The notes under the pieces are model-generated. The model had not been told where the DNA came from. It did not search any database and saw nothing but the letters and a program-made list of their open reading frames with translations. Below are positions 22,461-31,910 of a DNA stretch of 64,000 nt, piece after piece. The stretch's first letter is position 1. Every line of letters starts with the position of its first letter. The stretch is from an uncultured Synergistaceae bacterium (GTDB lineage: Bacteria; Synergistota; Synergistia; Synergistales; 79-D21). The position numbers were made by a program, and so were the translations under genes. The DNA lies in assembly GCA_964425765.1 (NCBI GenBank), contig CAYRNZ010000003.1, forward strand, positions 1,221 through 65,220. The letters run 5' to 3'.

Positions 22461-23060
22461 TCAAACCAGAGGTTTCACCCTGTTTTCTTCCCATGTCCCG
22501 ACTTCAGTCCTAAGGATCAACAATTCCTGCCAACCTGCAACGATGCCGGCCGCCTGGAAGGCCTTGACGAAAAAACCCGGGCCGACCCGATCAGGCTGTG
22601 CGATGATAGACCGCAGCGCCTCTCCGTCTTTTTCCACGAGAAGGAGCAGATCCTTTTCCTGGATATGGGCTTCCAGAACTTTACCGGTTTCTAGCAGCCC
22701 AGGAAAACCATTGCGGAAAAAAACCCTGTAATCCGCTGTCTTGCAAAGCCTGTTGAGGGAAGGACCCTCCACCTCCGCGGCCCGAAGCAGCCCAAAACCA
22801 TGGGGCATGCACCTGCTCCAGCTTTCCAGCATGCCCTCTTCCCACTTTTCCAACCAGATTTCGGCAGGCTCGGCAAGGGACGGAACCCCGACCGGCAGGG
22901 CGGGCCCCAGGCTTATCCTCGGATGGGGAGAAAAACCCTCCGTCAGGAGCGGTTTCAGTCCTGCCCTCCTTGCGGAACGGGACAGGAGGGGGGGGATTTC
23001 AACATGCGGCACGAACGATGCAAGCCCCCTCTTGGAGAAAAGGAACCGGACACGGCTCAT
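22461..23060 (-). CDS. Radical-SAM-linked protein (DUF2344 / TIGR03936-like)
   Basis: 199 aa from the ATG at 23058-23060 (ATGA overlap with the radical SAM stop). MSRVRFLFSKRGLASFVPHVEIPPLLSRSARRAGL...FSPHPRISLGPALPVG is the typical N-terminus of this family as I recall it. Confidence 0.75.
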   Translation of the reverse strand: MSRVRFLFSKRGLASFVPHVEIPPLLSRSARRAGLKPLLTEGFSPHPRISLGPALPVGVPSLAEPAEIWLEKWEEGMLESWSRCMPHGFGLLRAAEVEGPSLNRLCKTADYRVFFRNGFPGLLETGKVLEAHIQEKDLLLLVEKDGEALRSIIAQPDRVGPGFFVKAFQAAGIVAGWQELLILRTEVGTWEENRVKPLV

Positions 23061-24904
23061 GCCCCCGGTCCCCCTCGCAGCGTCACGCACTCCTCTGGGG
23101 AAAGGCCGCATGCCTGACAGGCACCCGACCGGCAATCCGTCGTCCTTGCGCCTTTCAGGGCCCTATCCCTTTCCCGCCAGAGGAATTCCCTGCTCACGCC
23201 CGAATCGATGTGATCCCACGGGAATGGCTCTTCTCTGTCGCGGAGGCGCGTGGCGAAGTCGAAAGGATCGATTCCCTCCTTTTCGAAAGCCTGCATCCAA
23301 GACGAGAAACGAAATGTTTCCGACCAACCGTCAAAACGGCACCCGTCCTTCCACGCTCTTTCGATGACCGCGGCCAGGCGCCTGTCTCCCCTTGCAAAAA
23401 CACCTTCGACAAAACCCTGCCTGGCATCATGGTAGTTCAGCGTGATCCTGGGGTTGCCTATCTTTCCCTTCAACCACCTGCACCGGGATTCGGTTTCTTC
23501 GAAGGATAGCTGGGGTTCCCATTGGAATGGGGTGTGGGGCTTCGGAATGAATCCGTTGACTGAAACCGAGACCTCCGCCCTGCGGTGCCGCCTCCTCAGG
23601 ATGGAGAAGGCCTCCCTGCATATTTCCAGGATGCCCTCGAGGTCCGATTCCGTCTCGGTAGGAAGTCCCAGCATGAAATAAAGTTTAACCTTGTCCCAAC
23701 CGTATTCGCTGGCGGCCTGAAGCGTGCCGGAAATGTCGCCCGAGTCCACACCCTTGTTGATGACGTCCCTTAGCCTCTGGCTGCCCGCCTCGGGGGCGAA
23801 AGTCAGTCCGCCCCTCTTCATCGTCTCCAGGCGCGCGGCCAGCTCCACCGAGAAAGCGTCCATCCTGAGGCTTGGAAGGCTGAGCCTGACACCGTCCTCT
23901 CCAAGCTGGCCCGATAGCGCTTCCAGCACTGTACCGAGCCCCGAATAGTCACATGAAGACAGAGAGACAAGCCCAAGTTCCTCCCACCCCGTTTCCGCCA
24001 GTAAGTGCCGTGCGATTTCGACTACCCTTTCGGGACTCCTCTCTCGGACCGGCCTGTAGATCATTCCTGCCTGACAAAAACGACATCCCCTCGTACAGCC
24101 TCGAAATACTTCTACCGGGACCCTGTCGTGGATGATCCCGGTGTTAGGGACGAGCAGGGTGGAAGGAGCAAACATCCGGTCCATGTCCTTCACGAACTGG
24201 CGCTTGATGGGCAAAGGCTGCTCGGAGCGGACGATGCAGCCTTTGCCGGAGAAAATGCAGCCGGAAAGCCCGGGGACATAGACCCCCGGCAAGGAGGCAA
24301 GGCTCGCGATGCGCTCCTGCCTCCGCTTCCCCCTGGTCTCCCCCAGGACTTCCATCACGGCCGGGAGCAATTCCTCGCCATCCCCAAGGCAGAAGAAATC
24401 GATAAACGGGGCCAAAGGTTCGGGAGCGAGAGCCCCCGGGCCTCCTGCCATGACTAGCGGGTCCTTTTCCCCCCTGTTTTCGGACCGGAGAGGGATGCCT
24501 CCGAGGTCGAGCATCGTCAGGATATTCGTCGCCGTCAGCTCGTACTGCAGGGTAAACCCCACGACATCGAAACCGTTGAGTGGCCTCCCCGTTTCAAGCG
24601 ACGTGAGAGGCAGGTTGTTCGACCTCAGGGATGCCTCCATGTCAATCCAGGGGCAATAGGCTCTCTCTGCGGCGATCCCTTCAAGAGAGTTCGCAAGCGC
24701 GTACAGGATCTGGAATCCCAGGAAGCTCATCCCGACCTCGTATACGTCGGGGAATGCAAGGCAAAGTCTGACATTGGCCCGGTCGGAGGCGAACCTGCCG
24801 AAATCCGGCGTCCCCCACTCCTGCCCTGTGTAGCGAGAGGGGTGTTTCACGGTCGCCAGGAGAGGCCACAAAGGGTTATCCATCTCGAAAGGCCATTCGG
24901 ACAT
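23057..24904 (-). CDS. Radical SAM protein, uncharacterised TIGR03960-like family
   Basis: 615 aa. CX3CX2C cluster motif in VEVFRGCTRGCRFCQAG, and an N-terminal B12-binding-like region (VRLCLAFPDVYEVGMSFLGFQILY). Confidence 0.85.
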   Translation of the reverse strand: MSEWPFEMDNPLWPLLATVKHPSRYTGQEWGTPDFGRFASDRANVRLCLAFPDVYEVGMSFLGFQILYALANSLEGIAAERAYCPWIDMEASLRSNNLPLTSLETGRPLNGFDVVGFTLQYELTATNILTMLDLGGIPLRSENRGEKDPLVMAGGPGALAPEPLAPFIDFFCLGDGEELLPAVMEVLGETRGKRRQERIASLASLPGVYVPGLSGCIFSGKGCIVRSEQPLPIKRQFVKDMDRMFAPSTLLVPNTGIIHDRVPVEVFRGCTRGCRFCQAGMIYRPVRERSPERVVEIARHLLAETGWEELGLVSLSSCDYSGLGTVLEALSGQLGEDGVRLSLPSLRMDAFSVELAARLETMKRGGLTFAPEAGSQRLRDVINKGVDSGDISGTLQAASEYGWDKVKLYFMLGLPTETESDLEGILEICREAFSILRRRHRRAEVSVSVNGFIPKPHTPFQWEPQLSFEETESRCRWLKGKIGNPRITLNYHDARQGFVEGVFARGDRRLAAVIERAWKDGCRFDGWSETFRFSSWMQAFEKEGIDPFDFATRLRDREEPFPWDHIDSGVSREFLWRERDRALKGARTTDCRSGACQACGLSPEECVTLRGGPGA

Positions 24905-24915
24905 CTGGTTTCACC

Positions 24916-26040
24916 TCAGGAATCGTCGTCTGGGCGGGGATTTTCGGCGAAAACGCTTTGCACGAGGCCGAGGGCAATCCCCAAGGCCAGCAGTGAACTG
25001 CCCCCGTAACTCAGGAAAGGCAAGGGAAGCCCGGTCACCGGGGCAATCCCCATGCTCATGGCCATCCCCTCGACGAGCTGGAACCAGATCCAGCCAGCAA
25101 CCGAAGCGACCAGGACTTTCCCCCGTAGATCCCGGGATTTTATGCCTGCCGCCACGATTCGCCAGAGCAGAAGTGAAAAAATGGCCAGCAAGGCTATGCT
25201 GCCAAGGAAACCGAACTCTTCGGCGAAAACGCTGAAAATAAAATCAGTATGAGGTTCCGGCAGGAAACCCAGCTTGCTCTGTGTTCCCATCATGAAACCT
25301 TTTCCGAAAATGCGACCTGAACCCACGGCAATCCTTGATTGTATCACGTTGTACCCCGCTCCAAGCGGATCGACGTAGGGATCGAGGAAAACCATGAGAC
25401 GCAGACGCTGGTAGCTTTTCAGGAAATGCCACCCCAGGGGCATGGCCATTATGGCTGCTGCCATCAGCCCGCAAAGGTAGCGGCCACGCGTTCCCGCCGC
25501 GTAGAAAGCCACAAAGGTCATGACCGAAAGGACGATGGCGCTTCCAAGGTCGGGTTGCGCCATGACAAGGACAAGGCTGAGGCCCGAAAGGCCGAGGGCC
25601 GCAGCCAGCGACTTCAGGTTGCCGGCCGGATGCCTGCAAAGGTGCTTGGCCATTACGAGCGCCAGGGCAACCTTTGTCAATTCAGAGGGCTGAAGGCGAA
25701 AACCCGCGACCCCTATCCAGCTCTGCGATCCCCTGACTCCATGGCCCAACACCAATACCAGGACCAGAAGCAACAACGCAATCCCGTAAAGCCTGTACCC
25801 CCAGTCGAGAAGCTTGAGATACCCGACCCTCAAGGTGGCTGCATAGGCAGTCAAGGACACCAGGCCCCAAATCGCCTGACGTGTCACGTAGGCTCCCGCC
25901 TTTTCCTCCATTCCGAGACTGGCGCTGAAGATCGAAAAAACCCCGGTGACAAAAAGGGCAAGGGCGGCAAGAAGAAGGGTGCGGTCCGAAGAAACGAACA
26001 CAAGCCGCAGGACCTTCCCCCGCTCCTCTGCAAGCTTCAT
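24916..26040 (-). CDS. rodA: SEDS-family peptidoglycan glycosyltransferase RodA
   Basis: 374 aa polytopic membrane protein. Motifs are LQPSELTKVAL, EPHTDFIFSVFAEEFGF and LPLPFLSYGGSS. It is adjacent to the min/mre genes. Confidence 0.92.
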   Translation of the reverse strand: MKLAEERGKVLRLVFVSSDRTLLLAALALFVTGVFSIFSASLGMEEKAGAYVTRQAIWGLVSLTAYAATLRVGYLKLLDWGYRLYGIALLLLVLVLVLGHGVRGSQSWIGVAGFRLQPSELTKVALALVMAKHLCRHPAGNLKSLAAALGLSGLSLVLVMAQPDLGSAIVLSVMTFVAFYAAGTRGRYLCGLMAAAIMAMPLGWHFLKSYQRLRLMVFLDPYVDPLGAGYNVIQSRIAVGSGRIFGKGFMMGTQSKLGFLPEPHTDFIFSVFAEEFGFLGSIALLAIFSLLLWRIVAAGIKSRDLRGKVLVASVAGWIWFQLVEGMAMSMGIAPVTGLPLPFLSYGGSSLLALGIALGLVQSVFAENPRPDDDS

Positions 26041-26324
26041 GCAGGCTCCGCCCTGCGCTCCGGTCTCCTTTTCACGGTCCTGATCGGTATGCTGGCTACG
26101 AGGGCGACGGAGCGCTCCTCCTTCTCAAGGTCGAGCTCGATCCTTTCCTCGTCGATCTCGAGGTAGTTGCTGATGACGCCGATCAAGTCCCTTCGAAGGT
26201 TTTCCATGGTCTCGGGCGAGATATCCGTCCTGTCGTGGATCAACACGAGTTGAAGCCTTTTTTTGGCCGTTTCCTTGGATTTTTCCTTTCCGATCATCTG
26301 GAAGAGCCGGGCTAGAAAATTCAT
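26037..26324 (-). CDS. minE: Cell division topological specificity factor MinE
   Basis: MNFLARLFQMIGKEKSKETAKKRLQLVLIHDR. I prefer the ATG at 26322-26324 (GGGGGTG upstream) to the GTG at 26333. The stop overlaps the rodA ATG (ATGA). Confidence 0.9.
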   Translation of the reverse strand: MNFLARLFQMIGKEKSKETAKKRLQLVLIHDRTDISPETMENLRRDLIGVISNYLEIDEERIELDLEKEERSVALVASIPIRTVKRRPERRAEPA

Positions 26325-26336
26325 CCGAAACACCCC

Positions 26337-27137
26337 CTACAGGCCAAGGGCTTTCCGTAGAAATCCGAAAAGGCCCCTCTGCTCCGGTGACTCGAGGTCG
26401 AGAAAAGGAACCTCCTCCCCGAGGATTCTCCTCGCCACGTTCGAAAACGCCCGGGAAGCTACCGAATCGTCTCCAAGGGTGAGGGGTTCTCCCTTGTTCG
26501 TCGAGACAACCACGGCCGTGTCGTCCGGAATGACTCCGATCAGGTCTATCGCGAGGATGTCCAGGACATCCTTCACGTCGATCATGTCACCGGATTTTAC
26601 CATCGCAGGCCGCAGCCGGTTCAGGACGAGCCGGATCGGGGACTTGGACATGGATTCGAGCATGCCGATGATCCGGTCCGCATCCCTCACGGCCGAAACC
26701 TCAGGCGTCGTCACCACGATGGCTTCATCGGCCCCGATCGCGGCGTTCCTGAATCCCTGCTCGATCCCCGCCGGGCTGTCGATGAGCGTGATGTCGAAGT
26801 TCTCCCTCAGTTCGTCGCAAAGCTTGAGCATCTGATCGGAACTTACGGCATCCTTCGTCCGGGTCTGGGCGGCCGGAAGCAGGAAAAGGTTGTCCACTCT
26901 CTTGTCCCTTACCATGGCTTTCTGGAGTTTGCAGGATCCCTCGACGACATCGACGAGGTTGAACACGATCCGGTTCTCCAGGCCAAGGACCACATCCAAG
27001 TTTCTGAGGCCGATATCCCCGTCGACAGCCGCTGTTTTGTAACCGGCCTTTGCCAACGCAACGGCGAGGTTTGCCGTTGTCGTCGTCTTCCCGACTCCGC
27101 CTTTCCCAGACGTCACGACGATGATCCTAGGATCCAT
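26337..27137 (-). CDS. minD: Septum site-determining ATPase MinD
   Basis: MDPRIIVVTSGKGGVGKTTTTANLA (deviant Walker A), with a C-terminal amphipathic helix GLFGFLRKALGL. The ATG at 27135-27137 has GAGGAGGAAGG upstream. Confidence 0.96.
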   Translation of the reverse strand: MDPRIIVVTSGKGGVGKTTTTANLAVALAKAGYKTAAVDGDIGLRNLDVVLGLENRIVFNLVDVVEGSCKLQKAMVRDKRVDNLFLLPAAQTRTKDAVSSDQMLKLCDELRENFDITLIDSPAGIEQGFRNAAIGADEAIVVTTPEVSAVRDADRIIGMLESMSKSPIRLVLNRLRPAMVKSGDMIDVKDVLDILAIDLIGVIPDDTAVVVSTNKGEPLTLGDDSVASRAFSNVARRILGEEVPFLDLESPEQRGLFGFLRKALGL

Positions 27138-27169
27138 ACAGCCCTTCCTCCTCACTCAATCAGATATGC

Positions 27170-27844
27170 TCAAGGCAACTCTTTGGCGATGAGCGCGTCT
27201 CCCTCCACGGCAAAGAGAACGCTTTTGCCGAACCAGGGAGAGCCGGCCTCAAACGTGCTGAAAAGACGGCCTATCCGGACCTGCGTCGCTTCGAAGGATT
27301 TCGCGATGACCCTTGACGAAATATTCCCCTCTGCTCCCGCATGGACAAGGCCCTGGAGACGCCCCCAGACGACGATGTTGCCTGTCGAAACGACTTCCGC
27401 CCCGTCATTGACCTGACCGACGACAAAAATGTCTCCGGGGTGTTCCACTTTCTGGCCGGACCTCAAGGACCGGTCAAGAAGGAGGGTCTGGTAAACCCGG
27501 GAGTGCCTTATCTCGGGCATGGGGGCCATCGGTTCCCCGACGGATGCTCCTGCGCTGCGGAGAAGGGACGCCCCCTCGTTGTCGAAGGTGACCCAGGACA
27601 GCACGTTCAAGCCCTGGCTCCACACGACTTCTTGCAGGATTCGCCCTATGAAGGCGCTTGAGAGGGGCCTTCCCTGGAGATCCATGACGACCTTGCCCCC
27701 CTCGAGAAGGTGTCGGGCGTTGCCGACCGTTTTCTCGATTCCAGCCCAGACTTCGCCAGCCGGCAACGCTTCGGGGATCACAAGCCGAAGATGCCCGGCG
27801 CCTCCTTTTAGGGTGACGGCCGTTTTTTCCCTGTCGACTTCCAT
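27170..27844 (-). CDS. minC: Septum site-determining protein MinC
   Basis: C-terminal beta-helix pattern SGQKVEHPGDIFVVGQVNDGAEVVSTGNIVVWGRLQGLVHAG, located upstream of minD. I prefer the ATG at 27842-27844 (GGAGGAGG upstream) to the TTG at 27865. Confidence 0.88.
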   Translation of the reverse strand: MEVDREKTAVTLKGGAGHLRLVIPEALPAGEVWAGIEKTVGNARHLLEGGKVVMDLQGRPLSSAFIGRILQEVVWSQGLNVLSWVTFDNEGASLLRSAGASVGEPMAPMPEIRHSRVYQTLLLDRSLRSGQKVEHPGDIFVVGQVNDGAEVVSTGNIVVWGRLQGLVHAGAEGNISSRVIAKSFEATQVRIGRLFSTFEAGSPWFGKSVLFAVEGDALIAKELP

Positions 27845-27861
27845 CCCCTCTACCTCCTCCT

Positions 27862-29601
27862 TCAACGCTCGACGCCCACGAGATACGCCAGGATCTGCCC
27901 GACAAGGGGAGCCGCGACGGAACTTCCGTGCCCGCCTCCCTCAACCAGAGCCACCGCTACATATCGAGGGTTGTCTGAAGGAGCATACCCCACAAACCAC
28001 GCGTGGTCATCCCCGTGAGGGTTCTGCGCCGTACCAGTCTTGCCGGTGACTGAAACCCCGAAAACGCCGGAAGCTTTCCCGGTTCCCGACCGTACGACCT
28101 CTTCCATGCCCCTGCGGACCCAGTTCAGGGCATCCTTCGGCAGGTGAAGGTCCGTTCCCTGGGGCGTTTCCCCCGCCACCAGGTGCGGGACAACCAGTGT
28201 CCCCCCGTTTGCGAAAGCTGCGTAAATGCGGGCAAGCTGCAACGGGGTGACCAGAAGGAAGCCCTGGCCTATGGAATAGTTGACCGTGTCTCCATGGAAC
28301 CAGGCTTCGTCGAAACGCTTTTGCTTCCATTCCCGCCCGGCGAGGTTTCCGCGGGATTCCCCGGGAAGGTCGATCCCGGTCAGTTTCCCTACGCCGAACC
28401 GGCTGGACCATTCAAGCAGGCGGTCCGCACCAAGCCAAAGCCCGACCTGGTAGAAGTATACATCACAAGAATCCTTGAGAGCCGAAACAAGGCTGACTGT
28501 CCCATGGCCACCCCTTTTCCAGCACCGGAAGACACGGTTTCCTACCTTCAGCTGCCCGGGGCAGAAAACCGTTGTCCGGGGTGTCGCAACCTTCTCGACA
28601 AGCCCGGCGAGAGCCGGTACCGCCTTGAATGTGGAGCCTGGCGGATAAGCCCCGCTGATCGCCCGGTTCATCATCGGCCTGGCAGGGTCGTTGAGGAGCC
28701 GGGACCACTCTCGTGCGGAAACGCCCCAGGTCAAGGGGTTGGGATCATAAGAAGGGGCTGAATACAGGACTTTCAGGGCTCCTGTCCTGACATCCATAGC
28801 GAGGATGACCCCCTTGCCCCTCCCCAGGAGCTTCTCCGCCTCCCGCTGGGCGCCGAGGTCCAGGCTCAGCTTCAGGTCCTTGCCCTTGGCGGGAGGAGTC
28901 AGGCTCAGCCTGCGACGCCGTCGGCCGGCGGCATCCACTTCGACTGCCTCTTCGGCGGCCAGCCCCCTCAATGCCTCCTCGTGAACGAGCTCTACACCCG
29001 TCTTTCCGATCAGGTCCCCGACCATGTACTTCTGCTCCGGTTTTGCCGAGAGTTCCTCCCGCGTCACTTCCCCCACGTAGCCGACCACGTGCGCGGCCAG
29101 GGCCCCGGCAGGATAAACCCGCCTGAAAACAGGCGTGGGAGACAGGATTTCCGGGAAATCCGGGGCCGAAACGAGGTTGGCGACCTGCCCGAGCGTCAAG
29201 TTCGAAGCGACGGTTACCGGGCGATAGGGGGCCCAGTATTGCTTCTTTATGCTTTCCTTCAGTGCCTCTGCCGTCGCGGGGATACCCTGGCTTTGAAGGA
29301 GGGCGGCAATTTCATGCAGGGCTTTTTCCCCCTCGAGGTCGGGCGGGTACCCGACGATGTCGAAGGTCCTGACGCTCACCGCCAGGGGAGCTCCATGCAC
29401 GTCTGTAATCTCGCCCCTGGGGCTCGATGTTCGGATGACACGGATCTTGTTCTGTGTCGACAGGGATTCGAAATGGGCTCCTCTCAGGACCTGGAAGTAG
29501 AAAAGCGCAAAAGCGAGCCCGATGAGGGAATAGGCGACGAAGACTCGCCAGTGGCTCAGCCGGAGGTTTAGCTGCGATCTGCGCCCGATTTCCCTACTCA
29601 T
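27862..29601 (-). CDS. mrdA: Penicillin-binding protein 2 (elongasome transpeptidase)
   Basis: 579 aa. An N-terminal TM helix, then SxxK (GSTFK), SxN-like SCDVY and KTGTA motifs. It lies in the mreBCD-mrdA context. Confidence 0.92.
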   Translation of the reverse strand: MSREIGRRSQLNLRLSHWRVFVAYSLIGLAFALFYFQVLRGAHFESLSTQNKIRVIRTSSPRGEITDVHGAPLAVSVRTFDIVGYPPDLEGEKALHEIAALLQSQGIPATAEALKESIKKQYWAPYRPVTVASNLTLGQVANLVSAPDFPEILSPTPVFRRVYPAGALAAHVVGYVGEVTREELSAKPEQKYMVGDLIGKTGVELVHEEALRGLAAEEAVEVDAAGRRRRRLSLTPPAKGKDLKLSLDLGAQREAEKLLGRGKGVILAMDVRTGALKVLYSAPSYDPNPLTWGVSAREWSRLLNDPARPMMNRAISGAYPPGSTFKAVPALAGLVEKVATPRTTVFCPGQLKVGNRVFRCWKRGGHGTVSLVSALKDSCDVYFYQVGLWLGADRLLEWSSRFGVGKLTGIDLPGESRGNLAGREWKQKRFDEAWFHGDTVNYSIGQGFLLVTPLQLARIYAAFANGGTLVVPHLVAGETPQGTDLHLPKDALNWVRRGMEEVVRSGTGKASGVFGVSVTGKTGTAQNPHGDDHAWFVGYAPSDNPRYVAVALVEGGGHGSSVAAPLVGQILAYLVGVER

Positions 29602-30055
29602 GGCTTGTCCTGCCTGACCAAATGAACAGGGCGGTCAAGGCAAGCACGCAAGCCAGTGTCATAGCCTGCTGGGCCGCGGAAACGGAAAAACCGCCCTCCC
29701 CCTGGTGGAACAACAGAAAGGGAAGCGATGACACAAGGAGATGGGCAACGTAAAGCAAAATGAAGAAAAGGACAGGTTTTCCCCTGCCCGGCGACAACCG
29801 GGTCCATAACCAGGCAATCGTTGCTGCCGCAAGAATGTAGGCTACGGCGGTCATCCCCGGTATGGCAGTCCATCTCAGGTCCCAGAGAAGTCCTGCCGCA
29901 AAGGCGGGAAGGAAAAGCCCTTCGGGATCCCTGCTGCGGGAAACCGCGAGCCAGGCCAGCGCCAAAACAGTGAAGTCAGGAACGGGAAGGACGCCTGACA
30001 GGGCAACCTGGAGCAGGTCCCTGGCGAAAAAGGCAAACCAGAGGACCCACATCAC
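29594..30055 (-). CDS. mreD: Rod shape-determining protein MreD
   Basis: About 153 aa, strongly hydrophobic multi-TM protein between mreC and mrdA. The start is GTG at 30055 or ATG at 30052, overlapping the mreC stop. Confidence 0.8.
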   Translation of the reverse strand: MMWVLWFAFFARDLLQVALSGVLPVPDFTVLALAWLAVSRSRDPEGLFLPAFAAGLLWDLRWTAIPGMTAVAYILAAATIAWLWTRLSPGRGKPVLFFILLYVAHLLVSSLPFLLFHQGEGGFSVSAAQQAMTLACVLALTALFIWSGRTSHE

Positions 30056-30816
30056 CGTTTCCCCCCTTTGACGATTTTGACGCGGTAAAGCCTTGAAAGT
30101 TCTGCGTTCAAAGCCAGTCTGTAAAGGCGATAGCCCCCGATTTCGTCACCCGCCGCGACAATCTTGCCGATTGGGATCCCCGGCGGCAGCTGTTCCGAAA
30201 CAAGGGCCGTGCTGACGCCCATTCCCACCCGCAGTTCCTTTTCGGCGGGGATGTAAAGCAACCACGCGTTCCCGTTTCCCTCGCCGTTGAGGACGCCAAG
30301 ATCCCGCGTTTCCTCGACGACGACCGGTATATAAAGAGACGGGGAAGTCAGCAGCTCTATCCACGAGGAGTTGGGCTCAACCCGGGAAACCCTTCCCACC
30401 AGATACCCGTCCTGGACCGCGCCCATCCCCGGCCGGACCCCGTCTTTGAATCCCCGGTCGACCCGGATTTCCGACCACCATGAAACCGGAGGCCTCATCG
30501 TGACATGGCCTTCCCCCAGCTCAAGTCCAGGTCCGAAATCGATGGTTGTCTGAAGAAGCCCCCGAAGTGAAAGGTTTTCCTTCTCCAAGCGGTCGATCCT
30601 CTCCCGAAGCGCCTTTTCGCCCGCAGCCAGGTCAACCGTCCGCATGACGGCGTTTCGAAGCGCACGAGCGGGCCATTCGGGGAATTTCATCGCCCATCCC
30701 ACAAGGTCCATCGCTTTGTCCGAGAGTAGGGAACCGGGAGAGACTGCGGCAAGGATCAGCCCGAGAAAAAGCGTCCCAAGGAAAGAGATCCAGAACCGGG
30801 TCCCGGCACGCCCCAT
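30052..30816 (-). CDS. mreC: Rod shape-determining protein MreC
   Basis: 254 aa. An N-terminal TM helix, a coiled coil (RERIDRLEKENLSLRGLL) and C-terminal beta domains (VQDGYLVGRVSRVEPNSSWIELL). Confidence 0.88.
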   Translation of the reverse strand: MGRAGTRFWISFLGTLFLGLILAAVSPGSLLSDKAMDLVGWAMKFPEWPARALRNAVMRTVDLAAGEKALRERIDRLEKENLSLRGLLQTTIDFGPGLELGEGHVTMRPPVSWWSEIRVDRGFKDGVRPGMGAVQDGYLVGRVSRVEPNSSWIELLTSPSLYIPVVVEETRDLGVLNGEGNGNAWLLYIPAEKELRVGMGVSTALVSEQLPPGIPIGKIVAAGDEIGGYRLYRLALNAELSRLYRVKIVKGGKR

Positions 30817-30831
30817 AACAAGCCCCCCAGC

Positions 30832-31887
30832 CTACAGGGATCCTCTTTCCACCGTGCTCAGGACAGGACGCTTCGAATCCAGGTCCTCCAGGATTTTCGC
30901 CAGCCCGTGAGAAACGGCAAGGAGCGGTTCATCCGCCACGAACACCGGGATGTTCAGGGCTAATGACAGTCGTTGGCTCAAGCCCCTCAGGAGAGCTCCC
31001 CCACCGGCCAGGACGAGCCCCTGCTCGAAAATGTCCTTGACCAGTTCCGGCGGGGTTTCCTCAAGCGTTTCCCTGATCGTGTCCTCGATCCTCTCCACGA
31101 TCGGTTCGATCGCTTCCCGCACATGCAGAGAGGAAATCGCGACCGAGCGCGGAAGCCCATCGGTGAGGTCCCTGCCCTTGACTTCCATGGAAAGCTCCTC
31201 TTCCATGGCGACCACGCTTCCCAGTCCCACCTTTATCTGCTCCGCGGTGGCGTCCCCGATGGCAAGCTTGTGGTTCACCCGGAGCATGTTCACGATGGCG
31301 TTGTCGATCTCGTCTCCTGCCCCGCGTATCGATTTGCTTACCACGATGCCGCCCATCGAAAGAACGGCAACCTCGCAAGTTCCGCCGCCGATGTCGACCA
31401 CCATGTTCCCCTTCGGTTCATGGATTGGGAGGGAGGCCCCAAGAGCAGCTGCCAAAGGTTCTTCGACGACATACGCTTCGCGCGCCCCCGCGGAGAGCGT
31501 CGCGTCCACGACGGCCCGTCTCTCGACCTCCGTTACGCAGGCCGGGACGGAAACGACGACCCTCGGCCTGGAAAAGAACCCCCTGCGGTCATCGGCCATC
31601 CGTACAAAATGGGAGATCATCGCTTCGGTCATGTCGAAATCCGAAATGACCCCTTGTCTCAGGGGCTTGACGGTTTCTATCCCCGTTGGCGTTTTTCCCA
31701 CCATCGCCTTCGCCTGGCTTCCCACAGCGATGATTTCCTTCCGTCCCCCCCTCACCGCCTTCCGGACCGCGATGACGGAGGGCTCGTTGATGACGATCCC
31801 CTTGCCCTTCACATACACGACGATATTGACCGTGCCCAGGTCGATCCCGATGTCACTGCCCCAAAAACCAGAAAAGAAACGAAACAA
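30832..31887 (-). CDS. mreB: Rod shape-determining actin homolog MreB
   Basis: 351 aa. DIGIDLGTVNIVVY, VVDIGGGTCEVAV and LAGGGALLRGL. TTG start at 31885-31887 with GGGGGA upstream. Confidence 0.96.
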   Translation of the reverse strand: MFRFFSGFWGSDIGIDLGTVNIVVYVKGKGIVINEPSVIAVRKAVRGGRKEIIAVGSQAKAMVGKTPTGIETVKPLRQGVISDFDMTEAMISHFVRMADDRRGFFSRPRVVVSVPACVTEVERRAVVDATLSAGAREAYVVEEPLAAALGASLPIHEPKGNMVVDIGGGTCEVAVLSMGGIVVSKSIRGAGDEIDNAIVNMLRVNHKLAIGDATAEQIKVGLGSVVAMEEELSMEVKGRDLTDGLPRSVAISSLHVREAIEPIVERIEDTIRETLEETPPELVKDIFEQGLVLAGGGALLRGLSQRLSLALNIPVFVADEPLLAVSHGLAKILEDLDSKRPVLSTVERGSL

Positions 31888-31910
31888 GATTTTCCCCCGC
31901 TTTCATCAGC

